Below are positions 27,301-39,248 of a stretch of DNA of 64,000 nt, in pieces. The first letter of the stretch is position 1. Every line of letters starts with the position of its first letter. Both the position numbers and the translations under genes were made by a program. Source of the stretch: Macrostomum lignano. Lineage: Eukaryota. The notes under the pieces are model-generated. The model searched no databases, was not told the DNA's origin, and saw only the letters and a program-made list of their open reading frames with translations. The DNA is taken from assembly GCA_002269645.1 (NCBI GenBank), contig NIVC01000481.1, positions 414,575-478,574 on the forward strand, written 5' to 3'.

Positions 27301-30300
27301 AGCCCGCTTCTTCAATGACTGCGCCTTGCCGCGGAAGCCGCCGAAATTGATCGGCACCCGGAAGTCGGTCATGATCATGCCGGCCGAGACGGCGGTGACG
27401 TCGGTGCCAACGAGCTCGTCGCTAGGCGGTATGCCCGCAGCTGTAGCGGAGTCGTCAGGCTTTGGCCAGTTGATGTACTGGATTAGGCGGCCAACCCCGG
27501 CTGATGCGGCAGTCAGCTTCTCAGAGACAGCAACCGCGGCGGCGGCGTGGGCGGGCGCAGCGGCAGCGGGCAGCGCACTGGCGAGAGAGAGAAGGCACAG
27601 ATATGTAACTGCAGCATATATATAGAACATCTAAATAGAAATTAAGGCATATTATTTATAGTTGCCTATGTTTCTACTGCAAGTAGGCCAATGAGAGAAC
27701 GCATTGGATGAACAACTTCGCAAAATTGGTAGCATCCTAAAAGTGGAAATATCTCGAAACTGGAAATATCAATCCCCACAACTGGAAAATCCCAAAACTG
27801 GAAATATCTCCACAACTGGAAAATCCCACAACTGGAAAATCCCACAACTGGAAAATCCCACAACTGGAAAATCCCACAACTGGAAAATCCCAAAACTGGA
27901 AATACCCCTAAACTGGAAATATCCAAAAAAACTGGAAATATCCCAAAACTAAAAATATCCCCAAACTGGAAATATCCCTAATCTAGAAATATCCCTACAA
28001 CTGGAAGTATCCCTACAACTGGAAATATCCCACAACTGGAAATATCCCACAACTAGAAATATCCCCAAAACTGGAAAAATCCCACAACTGGAAATATCCC
28101 ACAACTGGAAATATCCTAGAAACTGAAAATATCCCCAAAACTGAAAATATCTCTAAAACTGGAAATATCCCGAAAGCTGAAATATCCAAAACTGGAAACA
28201 TCCCCAAAACTGGAAATATCCCCAAAACTGAAAATATCCCCAAAACTGAAAATATCCCCAAAACTGGAAATATCTCCAAAACTGGAAATATACCTAAAAC
28301 TGGAAACATCCCCAAAACTGGAAATATCCCAAAACTGAAAATATCTCCAAAACTGAAAATATCTCCAAAACTGGAAATATCTCCAAAACTGGAAATATCC
28401 CCAAACTGGAAATATCCTTAGTAGGATAAAATATCCATACAAAAAGCCTAAGCGAAGAATTTCCCTCCCTCGCCGGTCACTACCTATCGCTAGCCGACGC
28501 GTGCAGGCTGTTGGACGCGGCGGCACCAACAGCATAGATACCAGAGTCCGTACGTCTGATTCTACACGATTCATCAGCCGCAACGGAAGTTGCCCTGCGA
28601 TACTCTTCACTTTCCAGCAACCAGCCGAATCCCGAATCCACATCAATGCCCGCAGCTGAGCAGCATCGACTCAGACAGTCGGTTGTCAACGTCAACAATA
28701 GCTTTTGATCGCCTAGCAACCGATCTCTGGGCTGATCAAGCAGCCACTTGGTCAGGCCTTCGGGATACGCGCCGCTGAGTGTTGATACAACACTGGCTGG
28801 ATTAGGGCAGACTCGGATTAGCACCAGGTGGCGATCGTTTATTAATAGGGCCAGGTGCGCTGCAGCTGCTGAGCTTGATGTAGCGGCTTGGCAACTGCTT
28901 CTGGTGACCGCGATGCTGCTGATGCCTGAGGGAGGCAATTATACAATATTAATGATAGTCTTTTTTATAGTTTTAAAAGAGGTTATTACACGTGGAGTAG
29001 AGTCTCTCAGTGGACAGCGATACAACATGGAACCCCTGAGTTCTTTGAGCACCCTTCAACCCCAGATCCCTTCAAACCTTTAACTCCAGATCCATTCAAC
29101 CCTTCAATCTTAGAACCCTTCAAACCAGATCTTTTTGACCCAGATTCACCCAGATTTGATCCGTTCACCCCGTGAACCCTTCACCCCTTCAAACCTTCAC
29201 CCCTTCAAGCCTTCACCCCTTCAAACCTTCACCCCTTCAAGCCTTCACCCCTTCAAACCTTCACCCCTTCAAGCCTTCACCCCTTCAAACCTTCACCTCT
29301 TCAAACCTTCACCCCTTCAAACCTTCACCTCTTTAAACCTTTACCCCTTCAAACCTTCACCTCTTCAAACCTTCACCCCTTCAAGCCTTCACCCCTTCAA
29401 ACCTTCACCTCTTCAAACCTTCACCCCTTCAAACCTTCACCTCTTTAAACCTTTACCCCTTCAAACCTTCACCTCTTCAAACCTTCACCTCTTCAAAACT
29501 TCACCTCTTCAAACCTTCAACCCTTCACCCCTTCAACCCTTCATCCCTTCAACCCTTCATCCCTTCACCCCTTCAACCCTTCACCCCTTCAACCCTTCAA
29601 CCCTTCACTCCTTCAACCCTTCACCCCTTCAACCCTTCACCCTTTCACCCCCGCAACTCACAGGAACAGCCGGCCAGCCAGCAGACCACCCGAGGTCCGG
29701 CTGCCGTGTCAAAGAAAAGTACATCGTGCAACTCGGTGACCACAATCAGCAGGTTGGGCCCGGCTTGAACCAGCTGACGATAGGTGCCGTTGCACTGAGC
29801 GTTGGCTACGCAAGATGACGAATGGAGGCTGTGAGAGCCGGGGTTTATTCTGTGGGCAGCGGGTATGAGTGTGGCATTTCAAGTGACCAGTATGCTTCAA
29901 AGAGATAATGATCTAAGGCTACTAGTCAATATCAACTGATCGGGGTCAAACTCGCGATTTCGTTATTTTTCCATCGCCCGACAAAGAGTCTTAAAGACTT
30001 TATTTGAGGGTCATAGCTAATTTACTTAGGTGTCATAGAAGTCATACTCGAGGGTTATAGCAACTCTTAGGGGTCATAGGAGTCATATTTGAGGGTCATG
30101 CGTTATACTAAAGTGTCATAACTACGAGCTAATTTACTTAGGAGTCATACTCGATGGTCATATTAACTTAGGGGTTATAGGAGTCATACTTAAGGTTGAT
30201 AGAAACTTACGGTCATAGGAGTCATATCTGGGGGTCATGAGTCATAGTTAAGTGTCACAATTACGAGTAATTTACTTAGGAATCAAAGGAGTCATACTCG

Positions 30301-33300
30301 AGGGTCATAGCAACTTAGGGGTCATATGAGTCATATTTGAGGGTCATGAGGCATAGGAGTCATGCTCGAGGTTCATTAAAACTTAGGGGTCATGTGAGTC
30401 ATACCTGAAGGTCATAGCAAATAAGGAGTCATAGGAGTCATATTTGAGGGTCATGAGTCATACTTAAGTGTCACAACTAATTTACTTAGGAATCATAGGA
30501 GTCAATCTCGAGAGTCATAGCAACTTAGGAGTCATAGGAGTCATATTTTAGGGTCATGGGTCGTACTTAGGGTCATAGCTAATTTACTTATGGGTTTTGA
30601 GTCATAGGAGTCATGCTCGGAGGTCATGGCAACTTAGGGGTCATAGGAGTCATACCTGAAGGTTATAGCAAATAGGATTCATATTCGAGGCCCATTGCAA
30701 TGCTACTTAAAAGTCAGGGTTTTTACTTTATTAGGGTCATAGCCAATAAGAGGTCGTACTCAATGGTCATAGCTACCTAACTATACTCATAGGTACTTAA
30801 GAGAACTTATACAAGCAAGTCTTACAAAATGTCACTCAAGGCCAGCCTCTCAGCTGCATCGGCCAGCCTGCTGCTAAACACAAACGTGTTAAGAACTCGT
30901 TTTGAATCAGTGCGCAGCAGCCACATCCGGTGCTTGGGTCGGGCGGCGTAGACTTTAGCCGCCACCGCCGCCGCCGCCGGAGCCGGGCTGGTCTCGGCGA
31001 ACAGGCAGGCCCCAAACGGGCCGTTTCTTGGTTTGTCCGAGCCGAGTTGAAAAAATGTCCGACTGTCTGCGTTGCACAGCACCGCCCGGCACCTGGTGGA
31101 GACCAACAGCAGGTGCTGCTGACTGCCCCAGTCTGAGTCCAGCTGCACTATGGGACCTTCCTGCGGCAGCGTCAGCACCTGCTCGCATGTGGCGTCCAGC
31201 GCGAACAGCTCCCGGGGCTGGGCGCGGGCGGGTGTTGCAACTTTTTTTTAATACTTCATTCTCGATTTAGTCTCACAGCAACTCAACACTCAGATGGGCA
31301 TGGCTGCCAACCTCCCCATCTCCCCCTCAGGACCCCTCCTCTCACTCTCCTCATTCTCATTTTCCTTCTCAACCCCGCTCTCAATCTCCCTCAATCTCTC
31401 TCAATCTCCCTCAATCTCCCTCAATCTCCCTCAATCTCCCTCAATCTCCCTCAATCTCCCTCAATCTCTCTCAATCTCCCTCAATCTCTCTCAATCTCCC
31501 TCAATCTCTCTCAATCTCCCTCAATCTCTCTCAATTTTCCTCAATCTCCCTCAATCTCCCTCAATCTCTCTCAATCTCCCTCAATCTCCCTCAATCTCCC
31601 TCAATCTCCCTCAATCTCTCTCAATCTCTCTCAATCTCCCTCAATCTCTCTCAATCTCCCTCAATCTCCCTCAATCTCCCTCAATCTCTCTCAATTTTCC
31701 TCAATCTCCCTCAATCTCTCTCAATCTCCCTCAATCTCCCTCAATCTCCCTCAATCTCCGTCAATCTCCCTCAATTTCTCTCAATCTCCCTCAGTCTCTC
31801 TCTATCTCCCTTATCTCTCTCAATCTCCCTCAATCTCTCTCAATCTCTCTCAATCTCCCCTCAATCTCTCTCAATCTCTCTCAATCTCCCCTCAATCTCT
31901 CTCAATCTCTCTCAATCTCTCTCAATCTCCCTCAATCTCCCTCAATCTCCCTCAATTTTCCTCAATCTCCCTCAATCTCTCTCAATCTCCCTCAATCTCC
32001 CTCAATCTCCCTCAATCTCCGTCAATCTCCCTCAATTTCTCTCAATCTCCCTCAGTCTCTCTCTATCTCCCTTATCTCTCTCAATCTCCCTCAATCTCTC
32101 TCAATCTCTCTCAATCTCCCCTCAATCTCTCTCAATCTCTCTCAATCTCCCTCAATCTCTCTCAATCTCTCTCAATCTCCCCTCAATCTCTCTCAATCTC
32201 CCCTCAATCTCTCTCAATCTCCCCTCAATCTCTCTCAATCTCTCTCAATCTCTCTCAATCTCTCTCAATCTCTCTCAATCTCCCCTCAATCTCTCTCAAT
32301 CTCTCTCAATCTCTCTCAATCTCCCTCAATCTCTCTCAATCTCCCCTCAATCTCTCTCAATCTCTCTCAATCTCTCTCAATCTCCCTCAATCTCTCTCAA
32401 TCTCCCTCAGTCTCTCTCAATCTCCCCTCAATTTCTCTCAATCTCTCTCAATCTCTCTCAATCTCCCCTCAATCTCCCTCAATCTCTCTCAAACTCCCCT
32501 CAATCTCCCTCAATCTCCCCTCAATCTCCCTCAATCTCCCCTCAATCTCCCCTCAACCTTTTTCAATCTCTATCAATCTCACCCTCAATCCCCCCTAATT
32601 TCTTTAAATCTCTCTAAATCTTCCCAAATCTCTCTTTAATCTCCCATTGAATCCCCGCAACCCCAGCAGCACCCCCTACCGAGTCGGCCATAGAAGTAGA
32701 CGACACCATTCCATCGGAGTCGCCAGAGAACAGACAGCCGGCAGTCCAGGCCACACAGGTGATTACTCTACCGGCGTGCATCCGATTAATCCTGACCCGA
32801 TCTGCCCAGCACCTGCGCTGGGTGCTGTGCAATTCGTACACCTCAACGTGGCCGTTGCTAAGGGCGCAGGCTAGATAGCGATCGTTAGGAGACAGAGCCA
32901 ACAGGCGGGCCACGCCGTTATTATTGAGACTGAAGTGCAGGCGCAGCTGCAGACTGGCGGAACCAAACGGGGCGGTGAGAATTCGAACTACTCCGGAATT
33001 TGAGCACAGGGCCAGCGAGCCGCCGCTGGTCAGAGATATCGCTGTGGTCTGCGGAGGGTGGAGTGCCGCTTTCTGTCAGACACATCGCTGTTGCGAGGTC
33101 AGTGAAGCGAGAAAAAGAAAGGAAGAAGCAAGAAAAATTGAGACAAGGGAGAGGAAGACAGTCGTGGGGGAGACAAAGGTGAGGGAGACGGAGGAGAGGG
33201 AGACAGGGGAGAGGGAGACAGGGGAGAGGGAGACAGGGGAGAGGGAGACAGGGGAGAGGAAGACAGGGGAGAGGGTGACAGGGGAGAGGGAGACAGGGGA

Positions 33301-33765
33301 GAGGGAGACAGGGGAGGGGAGACAGGGGAGAGGAAGACAGGGGAGAGGGTGACAGGGAGAGGGAGACAGGGGAGAGGGAGACAGGGGAGAGGGTGACAGG
33401 GGAGGGGAGACAGGGGAGAGGGAGACAGGGGAGAGGGAGACAGGGGAGAGGGAGACAGGGGAGGGGGAGACAGGGGAGGGGGAGACGGGGGAGAGGGAGA
33501 TCAATTCAGATTATACACCTAGGAAGAAGCAGCCTAATCATGTACAAGTATACCGAAAAGAGCAATAATTCTCAAATAAAAAGCAAACTAATTTGGCTCA
33601 ACTCACCGTATTCCGCTGCGACAGCTTGGCAACGCTTTGAATTTTCTCATCGATTTGTTCGGCAAAGACCTGGCAGACGGCGGATGAGGTGGCCGCTTCT
33701 GGTGGAGCAGAGGCGGTGCCATCAGCCGCAGACAGCTGCCCTGATGCAGAGGCCTCCGAGGCCAT
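21309..33765 (-). CDS. HPS5: HPS5-like (BLOC-2 subunit) protein with N-terminal beta-propeller and C-terminal RING-H2, about 1226 aa
   Basis: Eleven exons in order: 33765-33607, 33048-32680, 31217-30826, 29828-29662, 28925-28484, 27577-26568, 26123-25994, 25921-25748, 24626-24456, 23555-23449, 21868-21309. All GT-AG with consistent phases; 3681 nt. HPS5/TECPR2-type motifs PIVQLD, LLVST, G.K.RNGPFGAC and YAARPKHRMW. No TECPR repeats seen. C-terminus CAWC...CGHVFHGGC...CSVC. Confidence 0.8.
21990..23080. repeat. 15-bp minisatellite with two variants (CAGTGACATCTCATT / CAGTGACATTTCAAT) in HPS5 intron 10
   Basis: About 72 units. Confidence 0.96.
23607..24137. mobile_element. hAT/Charlie-like MITE in HPS5 intron 9, containing a (GAGGA/GAGAA)n expansion at 23680-24045
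   Basis: Left end CTGGGCTCAGCAAAC versus right end GTTTGCCGACCCCTG (12/15 inverted match). Degenerate 8-bp TSD TTTTAAGT / CTCTAAGT. Internal GGGCC motifs typical of Charlie-type MITEs. Confidence 0.7.
24655..25685. repeat. 12/24-bp minisatellite (GTGACACTGGGT GTGACACTTTAT)n in HPS5 intron 8
   Basis: Two 12-mers alternate to give a 24-bp period. Confidence 0.95.
26245..26400 (+). mobile_element. tRNA-derived SINE with a CORE-like domain, antisense in HPS5 intron 6
   Basis: A-box TAGCCTAGTGG (26253-26263) and B-box GGTTCGATTCT (26297-26307), followed by TGTCCTTGAGC..ACTTAACT..CAGTT..TGTAAAATGGG, which resembles the CORE-SINE domain. No TSD found; ends approximate. Confidence 0.7.
27740..28420. 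repeat. Minisatellite of about 18-19 bp (AACTGGAAATATCCCCAA)n in HPS5 intron 5
   Basis: Read directly; variable unit length. Confidence 0.9.
29030..29650. repeat. 16-bp minisatellite (CCCCTTCAAACCTTCA)n in HPS5 intron 4
   Basis: Read directly from the sequence. Confidence 0.9.
30005..30770. repeat. Old degenerate tandem repeat (GTCATAGGAGTCATA core) in HPS5 intron 3
   Basis: Recurrent GGTCAT/GAGTCAT motifs with ACTTAGG linkers. Confidence 0.75.
31380..32600. repeat. 10-bp minisatellite (TCAATCTCCC/TCAATCTCTC)n in HPS5 intron 2
   Basis: Read directly; contains an internal 261-bp duplication. Confidence 0.95.
33185..33500. repeat. 15-bp minisatellite (GGGGAGAGGGAGACA)n in HPS5 intron 1
   Basis: Read directly from the sequence. 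Confidence 0.93.
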
Positions 33766-33989
33766 TCGCAGTAATCTTATTTAAACTGACTAGCTGGACT
33801 CAGTGCCAGTGAGTTGGACTCTGCAAATCGCGATTTCAAAGAGCAGTAAACAGAGAAATCACACTCCCCTCACTCTAGTAAGGGAGTCATGCATCAAGTT
33901 TTTTTCCACAGGGTTTGTCAATGTGTAGTGAGTCAGTAGGTCAGCAGCAGTTGTCAGTCAGTTCGTCAGTAGTTCAGTGGTTCGGTAGG

Positions 33990-34670
33990 TCAGTGGGTCA
34001 CTATAGATCAGTGGGTCAGTATAGGTCAGTGGGTCAGCATAGGTCAGTGGGTGAATATAGGTCTGTGGGTCAGTATAGGTCAGTGGGTCAGTATAGGTCA
34101 GTGGGTCAGTATAGGTCAGTGGGTCAATATAGGTCTGTGGGTCAGTATAGGTCAGTGGGTCAGTATAGGTCAGTGGGTCAGTATAGGTCTGTGGGTCAGT
34201 ATAGGTCAGTGGGTCAGTATAGGTCAGTGGGTCAGTATAGGTCTGTGGGTCAGTATAGGTCTGTGGGTCAGTATAGGTCTGTGGGTCAGTATAGGTCTGT
34301 GGGTCAGTATAGGTCTGTGGGTCAGTATAGGTCTGTGGGTCAGTATAGGTCTGTGGGTCAGTATAGGTCTGTGGGTCAGTATAGGTCTGTGGGTCAGTAT
34401 AGGTCTGTGGGTCAGTATAGGTCTGTGGGTCAGTATAGGTCTGTGGGTCAGTATAGGTCTGTGGGTCAGTATAGGTCTGTGGGTCAGTATAGGTCAGTAG
34501 TTCAATGGGTCAGTATAGGTGAGTGGGTCAGTATAGGTGAGTGGGTCAGTATAGGTGAGTGGGTCAGTATAGGCGAGTGGGTCAGTATAGGTGAGTGGGT
34601 CAGTATAGGTGAGTGGGTCAGTAGTTCAGTGAGTCAGTATAGGTCAGTGGGTCAGTAGTTCAGTGAGTCA
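33990..34670. repeat. 18-bp minisatellite (GTCAGTATAGGTCTGTGG)n between UBA3 and HPS5
   Basis: Read directly from the sequence. Confidence 0.95.
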
Positions 34671-35064
34671 GTCAGTAGGTTACAGAGTAATGAATCAACA
34701 GGTCAGTCAGTGAGTTTATCAATCAGTTAGTAAACTTATAATACATTTTTAAAAACGTTCTCAATAAAATTGATTCAAGTAAACCAAAGCCAATTATGCC
34801 ATTATTGAAGAAGCAACAGGTTGATTGATGCGGTAAACCCTCTGGTTTACTTTTCTATATCGAAATTTTGTACTTTGCACTTTATTAATTATTTTCAGTT
34901 GACAATAAAAACACACGATTACACAGCAGACCCTGACAAACGAACGATGGGAAGATTTATTAAATGAATATTTAATAACACAAACTGCTCAAAGTCGTAA
35001 GCTCATATAGTTCCGTTCAAAGTTTCCTCCAAAAATTTTCGGCTCTTTATATTTGCCTCTTGTC

Positions 35065-35850
35065 TCTCTCACTCTACCGTCACTTATCTTTCACTCTACC
35101 CTCACTTATCTCTCACTCTACCCTCACTTATCTCTCACTCTACCCTCACTTATCTCTCACTCTACCGTCACTCATCTCTCACTCTACCCTCACTTATCGC
35201 TCACTCTATCCCTCTCATCTCTCACTCTACCCCTCTCATCTCTCACTCTACCCCTCTCATCTCTCACTCTACCCCTCTCATCTCTCACTCTACCCCTCTC
35301 ATCTCTCACTCTATCCCTCTCATCTCTCACTCTACCCTCACTTATCTCTCACTCTACCCCTCTCATCTCTCACTCTACCCCTCTCATCTCTCACTCTACC
35401 CCTCTCATCTCTCACTCTACCCTCACTTATCTCTCACTCTACCCCTCTCATCTCTCACTCTACTCTCACTTATCTCTAACTCTACCCCTCTCATCTCTCA
35501 CTCTACCCCTCTCATCTCTCACTCTACCCTCACTATCTCTCATTCTACCCCTCTCATCTCTCACTCTACCCTCACTATCTCTCATTCTACCCCTCTCATC
35601 TCTCACTCTACCCCTCTCATCTCTCACTCTACCCTCACTATCTCTCATTCTACCCCTCTCATCTCTCACTCTACCCCTCTCATCTCTCACTCTACCCTCA
35701 CTATCTCTCATTCTACCCCTCTCATCTCTCACTCTACCCTCACTATCTCTCATTCTACCCCTCTCATCTCTCACTCTACCCCTCTCATCTCTCACTCTAC
35801 CCTCACTATCTCTCATTCTACCCCTCTCATCTCTCACTCCACCCTCACTT
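35065..35850. repeat. Pyrimidine-rich minisatellite of about 21 bp (CTCTCACTCTACCCCTCTCAT)n between UBA3 and HPS5
   Basis: Read directly from the sequence. Confidence 0.92.
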
Positions 35851-36022
35851 ATCAAATTTCTGAATTAACCAAACTACAAAACTGAATAGCGATGGAATTG
35901 GAATCAGACGGGATAATATATATATGATGCTGTGTTATATAGGGAAAAGTACAAAAAGTACTTCTAGAACTTTAATAGAAATTAAAAATAGAAGACCACC
36001 AATGCTTACACGGCGACATAAA

Positions 36023-38111
36023 TTAAGTCTCCATACCGTCTTCAAGATTGAGCACAAAAGTGACGGGTTTCATGCCACTCTGAGCACTGTCAGTAACATT
36101 TAGCACTGTATTAGAAAGCAGGCCTAATTCTGCCAGAGATTTGTCTAAATTGTCAGCTAATTGATCGCGCAGAAATGACAAGTCCATGTATAGGGTGACA
36201 TCGCGACCTTCAACGCAAGCGGTGAGGCTCGGCCGTGTCATACCGTGCTCCGACTTCAACTGGTTGATGACGGTCTGCAGCGAGTCCCGACTATTGAACG
36301 TCAGAGGCTTGGGCGGAGGCTGGCCGCACACGTCGCACTGGGGATTCCGCTCCAACGGCACAACATTCACGGCTACGCCTTCGATGTCGCTGAAGTTAGC
36401 GAAGTTGTTCAACAGCGGGTAGCAGCCGGTGATGGCTTTGAATACTTCGGTGACGCACTGGGCGCTGATGACAGCGTTGGTGGATGCCACGGCTGGAATG
36501 ATGTGCTTCACTACGCCCTGAGTCAGCCGGAAATCCGGTTCCCGGATGCCGAATTGTCTGGCACGTTTGCAGGCCTCCGTGCGAATCCAGTCCACGTGGT
36601 GTGGGTCGTCTCCGTCTACGGGCACCTGGGAATGGGCAATTTAGTGATCAGTGGGGTCGGGAATTTAGTGATCAGTGGTGTGGGGAATTTAGTGATCAGT
36701 GGGGTGGGCAATTTAGTGATCAGTGGGGTGGGCAATTTAGTGATCAGTGGGGTGGACAATTTAGTGATCAGTGGGGTGGGGAATTTAGTGATCAGGTAGA
36801 GTGGGGGAATTTAGTGATCGATGGGGTGGGGAATTTAGTGATCAGGTAGAGTGGGGGAATTTAGTGATCAATGGGGTGGGGAATTTAGTGATCAGGTAGA
36901 GTGGGGGAATTTAGTGATCAGGTAGAGTGGGGGAATTTAGTGATCAATGGGGTGGGGAATTTGGAATTTAATGATCAGGTAGAGTGGAGAATTTTTAGTG
37001 ATCAGGTTGAGTGGGGAATTTAGAGTGATCAGGTTAAGTGGGGAATTTAGAGTGCTCAGGTTAAGTGGGGAATTTAGAGTGATCAGGTTAAGTGGGGAAT
37101 TTAGAGTGCTCAGGTTAAGTGGGGAATTTAGAGTGATCAGGTTAAGTGGGGAATTTATAGTGATCAGGTTGAGTGGAAAATTTAGTTATCAGGTTGAGTG
37201 GGGAATTTAGTTATCAGGTTGAGTGGGGAATTTAGTGATCAGATAGAGTGGGGAATTTAGTGATCAGATAGAGTGGGGAATTTAGAGTGATTGGTGAAGT
37301 GGGGAATTTAGAGTGATCGGTGAAGTGGGGAATTTAGAGTGATCGGTGAAGTGGGGAATTTAGTGATCAGGTTGAGTGGGGAATTTAGTGATCAGATAGA
37401 GTGGGGAATTTAGAGTGATCGGTGAAGGGGGAATTTAGAGCGATCGGTGAAGTGGGGAATTTAGAGTGATCGGTGAAGTGGGGAATTTAGTGATCACATA
37501 GATTGAGGAGTTTATTGAAAAAGAGTCGGGAATCTAGAGAACCATAGTGGGGAAATTTAATGAGTTGATGAAGGGGGAATTTAGAGAGGTAAAGTGTGGG
37601 AATTTGGTGGAGTAGAGTAGGAAATGTAGTAAGTAAGCTACAGAGAAATTGAAGAGTTGAATAGCTTAGTAACTTCATAATTGGAACGGGGTATTTAGAG
37701 AGCTGCAAATGCAGAGCAATTGTATTTAATATACTTTTCATTCCGTTTTCATTACCTCTTCGCCGAACGGCCACTCCTGGGGCCACTGCATAATCCTGGC
37801 GAACTCGATGCAGTGCTCTGGCAGCCGGGGAGTGTGGGCCAGAGTGCACAGAGGGAACCCCTGCTGGGTGCTGCTATAGAGGTCGGCTGTGCACTCCAGA
37901 CACGGGGTGGCGTGGGCTCGAACCACCCGGCAGTGGCCCTGAAATCCTTGGGTGCCGCCGTCGATCAGGGGGATGACGCTGGTCGGAATGGGCTGATCAG
38001 ACTCGTCAAATTGAACCAGGGAGCAGACTATCTGGTTGAGGCGGCGCCTGCGGGGATTGAGATTCGGCTACTCTTGTACCTGGATACAGACAGACGGACA
38101 GACAGACACAG

Positions 38112-38155
<44 letters not shown>

Positions 38156-38275
38156 GCAGACAGACAGGCAGACAGACAAACACAGACAGACAGACAGACG
38201 GACAGACAGACAAACAGACAGACAGGCAGACAGATAGACAGACAGGCAGACAGACAGACAAACACAGACAGACAG

Positions 38276-38319
<44 letters not shown>

Positions 38320-38881
38320 GCAGACAGACAGACGGACAGACACAGACAGACAGACAGGCAGACAGACAGGCAGACAGACAGACAGACAGGCAGACAGACA
38401 GACACACAGACAGACAGACAGACAGACAGACACAGTCCCGCTCGCACCTGGCCTGCACGCTGTCCAGGCCGCACACGATGCACATGAACTGCTTGTAGAA
38501 CTCCAACGGTTTGTCCTCCAGTTTGCCAAAGTGCGGCGTCACCCGGCAGCCGGAGACGCGGCGTTCAACAAATTCGGCAGCAACGACGGCCTTCGGCCTG
38601 CCGATGTCTTTGGGGCGGAACAGAAACTGGCGATTCAGATTGGACAGATCGATGGTGTCCATGTCAATCAGGTGCAGATTGACAAAGCCGCTCAGGGCGA
38701 GGTCTTTCAGCATCTCGCAGCCGAGACCGCCAGCCCCGACTACCAATATCTGGACAAGATCCGAGCGAATCGCTGAGAATAGCTCAGGATCGGGTTCGAA
38801 CTCAGGACCGCCCAAGGGCCCGGCCCGCTCTAATAGCCGACGCACGTGGCGCCAACGATTGTCTGTGCCCGGCGAGCTCTG
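36023..38881 (-). CDS. UBA3: NEDD8-activating enzyme E1 catalytic subunit; start codon not found
   Basis: Exons 38881 (or 38878)-38448, 38047-37756 and 36625-36023, with consistent phases. Motifs [45 protein letters not shown], catalytic [33 protein letters not shown] and a C-terminal E2-binding region. 442 codons encoded; there is an in-frame TAA just upstream of the acceptor. Confidence 0.93.
36632..37500. repeat. G-rich minisatellite of 24-25 bp (GGGGAATTTAGTGATCA core) in UBA3 intron 2
   Basis: Read directly; subunit variants drift along the array. Confidence 0.9.
38087..38432. repeat. (ACAG)n microsatellite in UBA3 intron 1
   Basis: Read directly from the sequence. Confidence 0.95.
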
Positions 38882-39248
38882 CTGTTGGAATAAATTCGTT
38901 TAGCGATTTTCAAAACTACTGCTACTAAAGATACTACTACCTTAATAATTGGGTAAAACTATTGGAAAACTACACGAGAAAACCACCGCATTGATTAAAA
39001 ATCCAGGGCCTAAGCAAACTAGCACTAGAGTATGTAGTATATGCTGCACAAGTATCGCACAATTCATCGATAAGAGCCAAGAATATAAGATAAGAATAAG
39101 TTTGCTGTCATGCCGTTGCAGCATTTGACCGATTTATATCCAAGCACCTGCGAAGTACTGCACTTGCTTTGCGTTTAACCAACTCTTCCAGAAACCCTAA
39201 GCAAGAAATAAATTCTTTTTTTTTCTGAAGAAAAAGCAATCCGAAACA

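Noticed and set aside
37930-37960. UBA3 GGTQG instead of GGTEG
   Set aside because: This position varies among E1 enzymes, and the catalytic Cys and ATP-binding motifs are intact.
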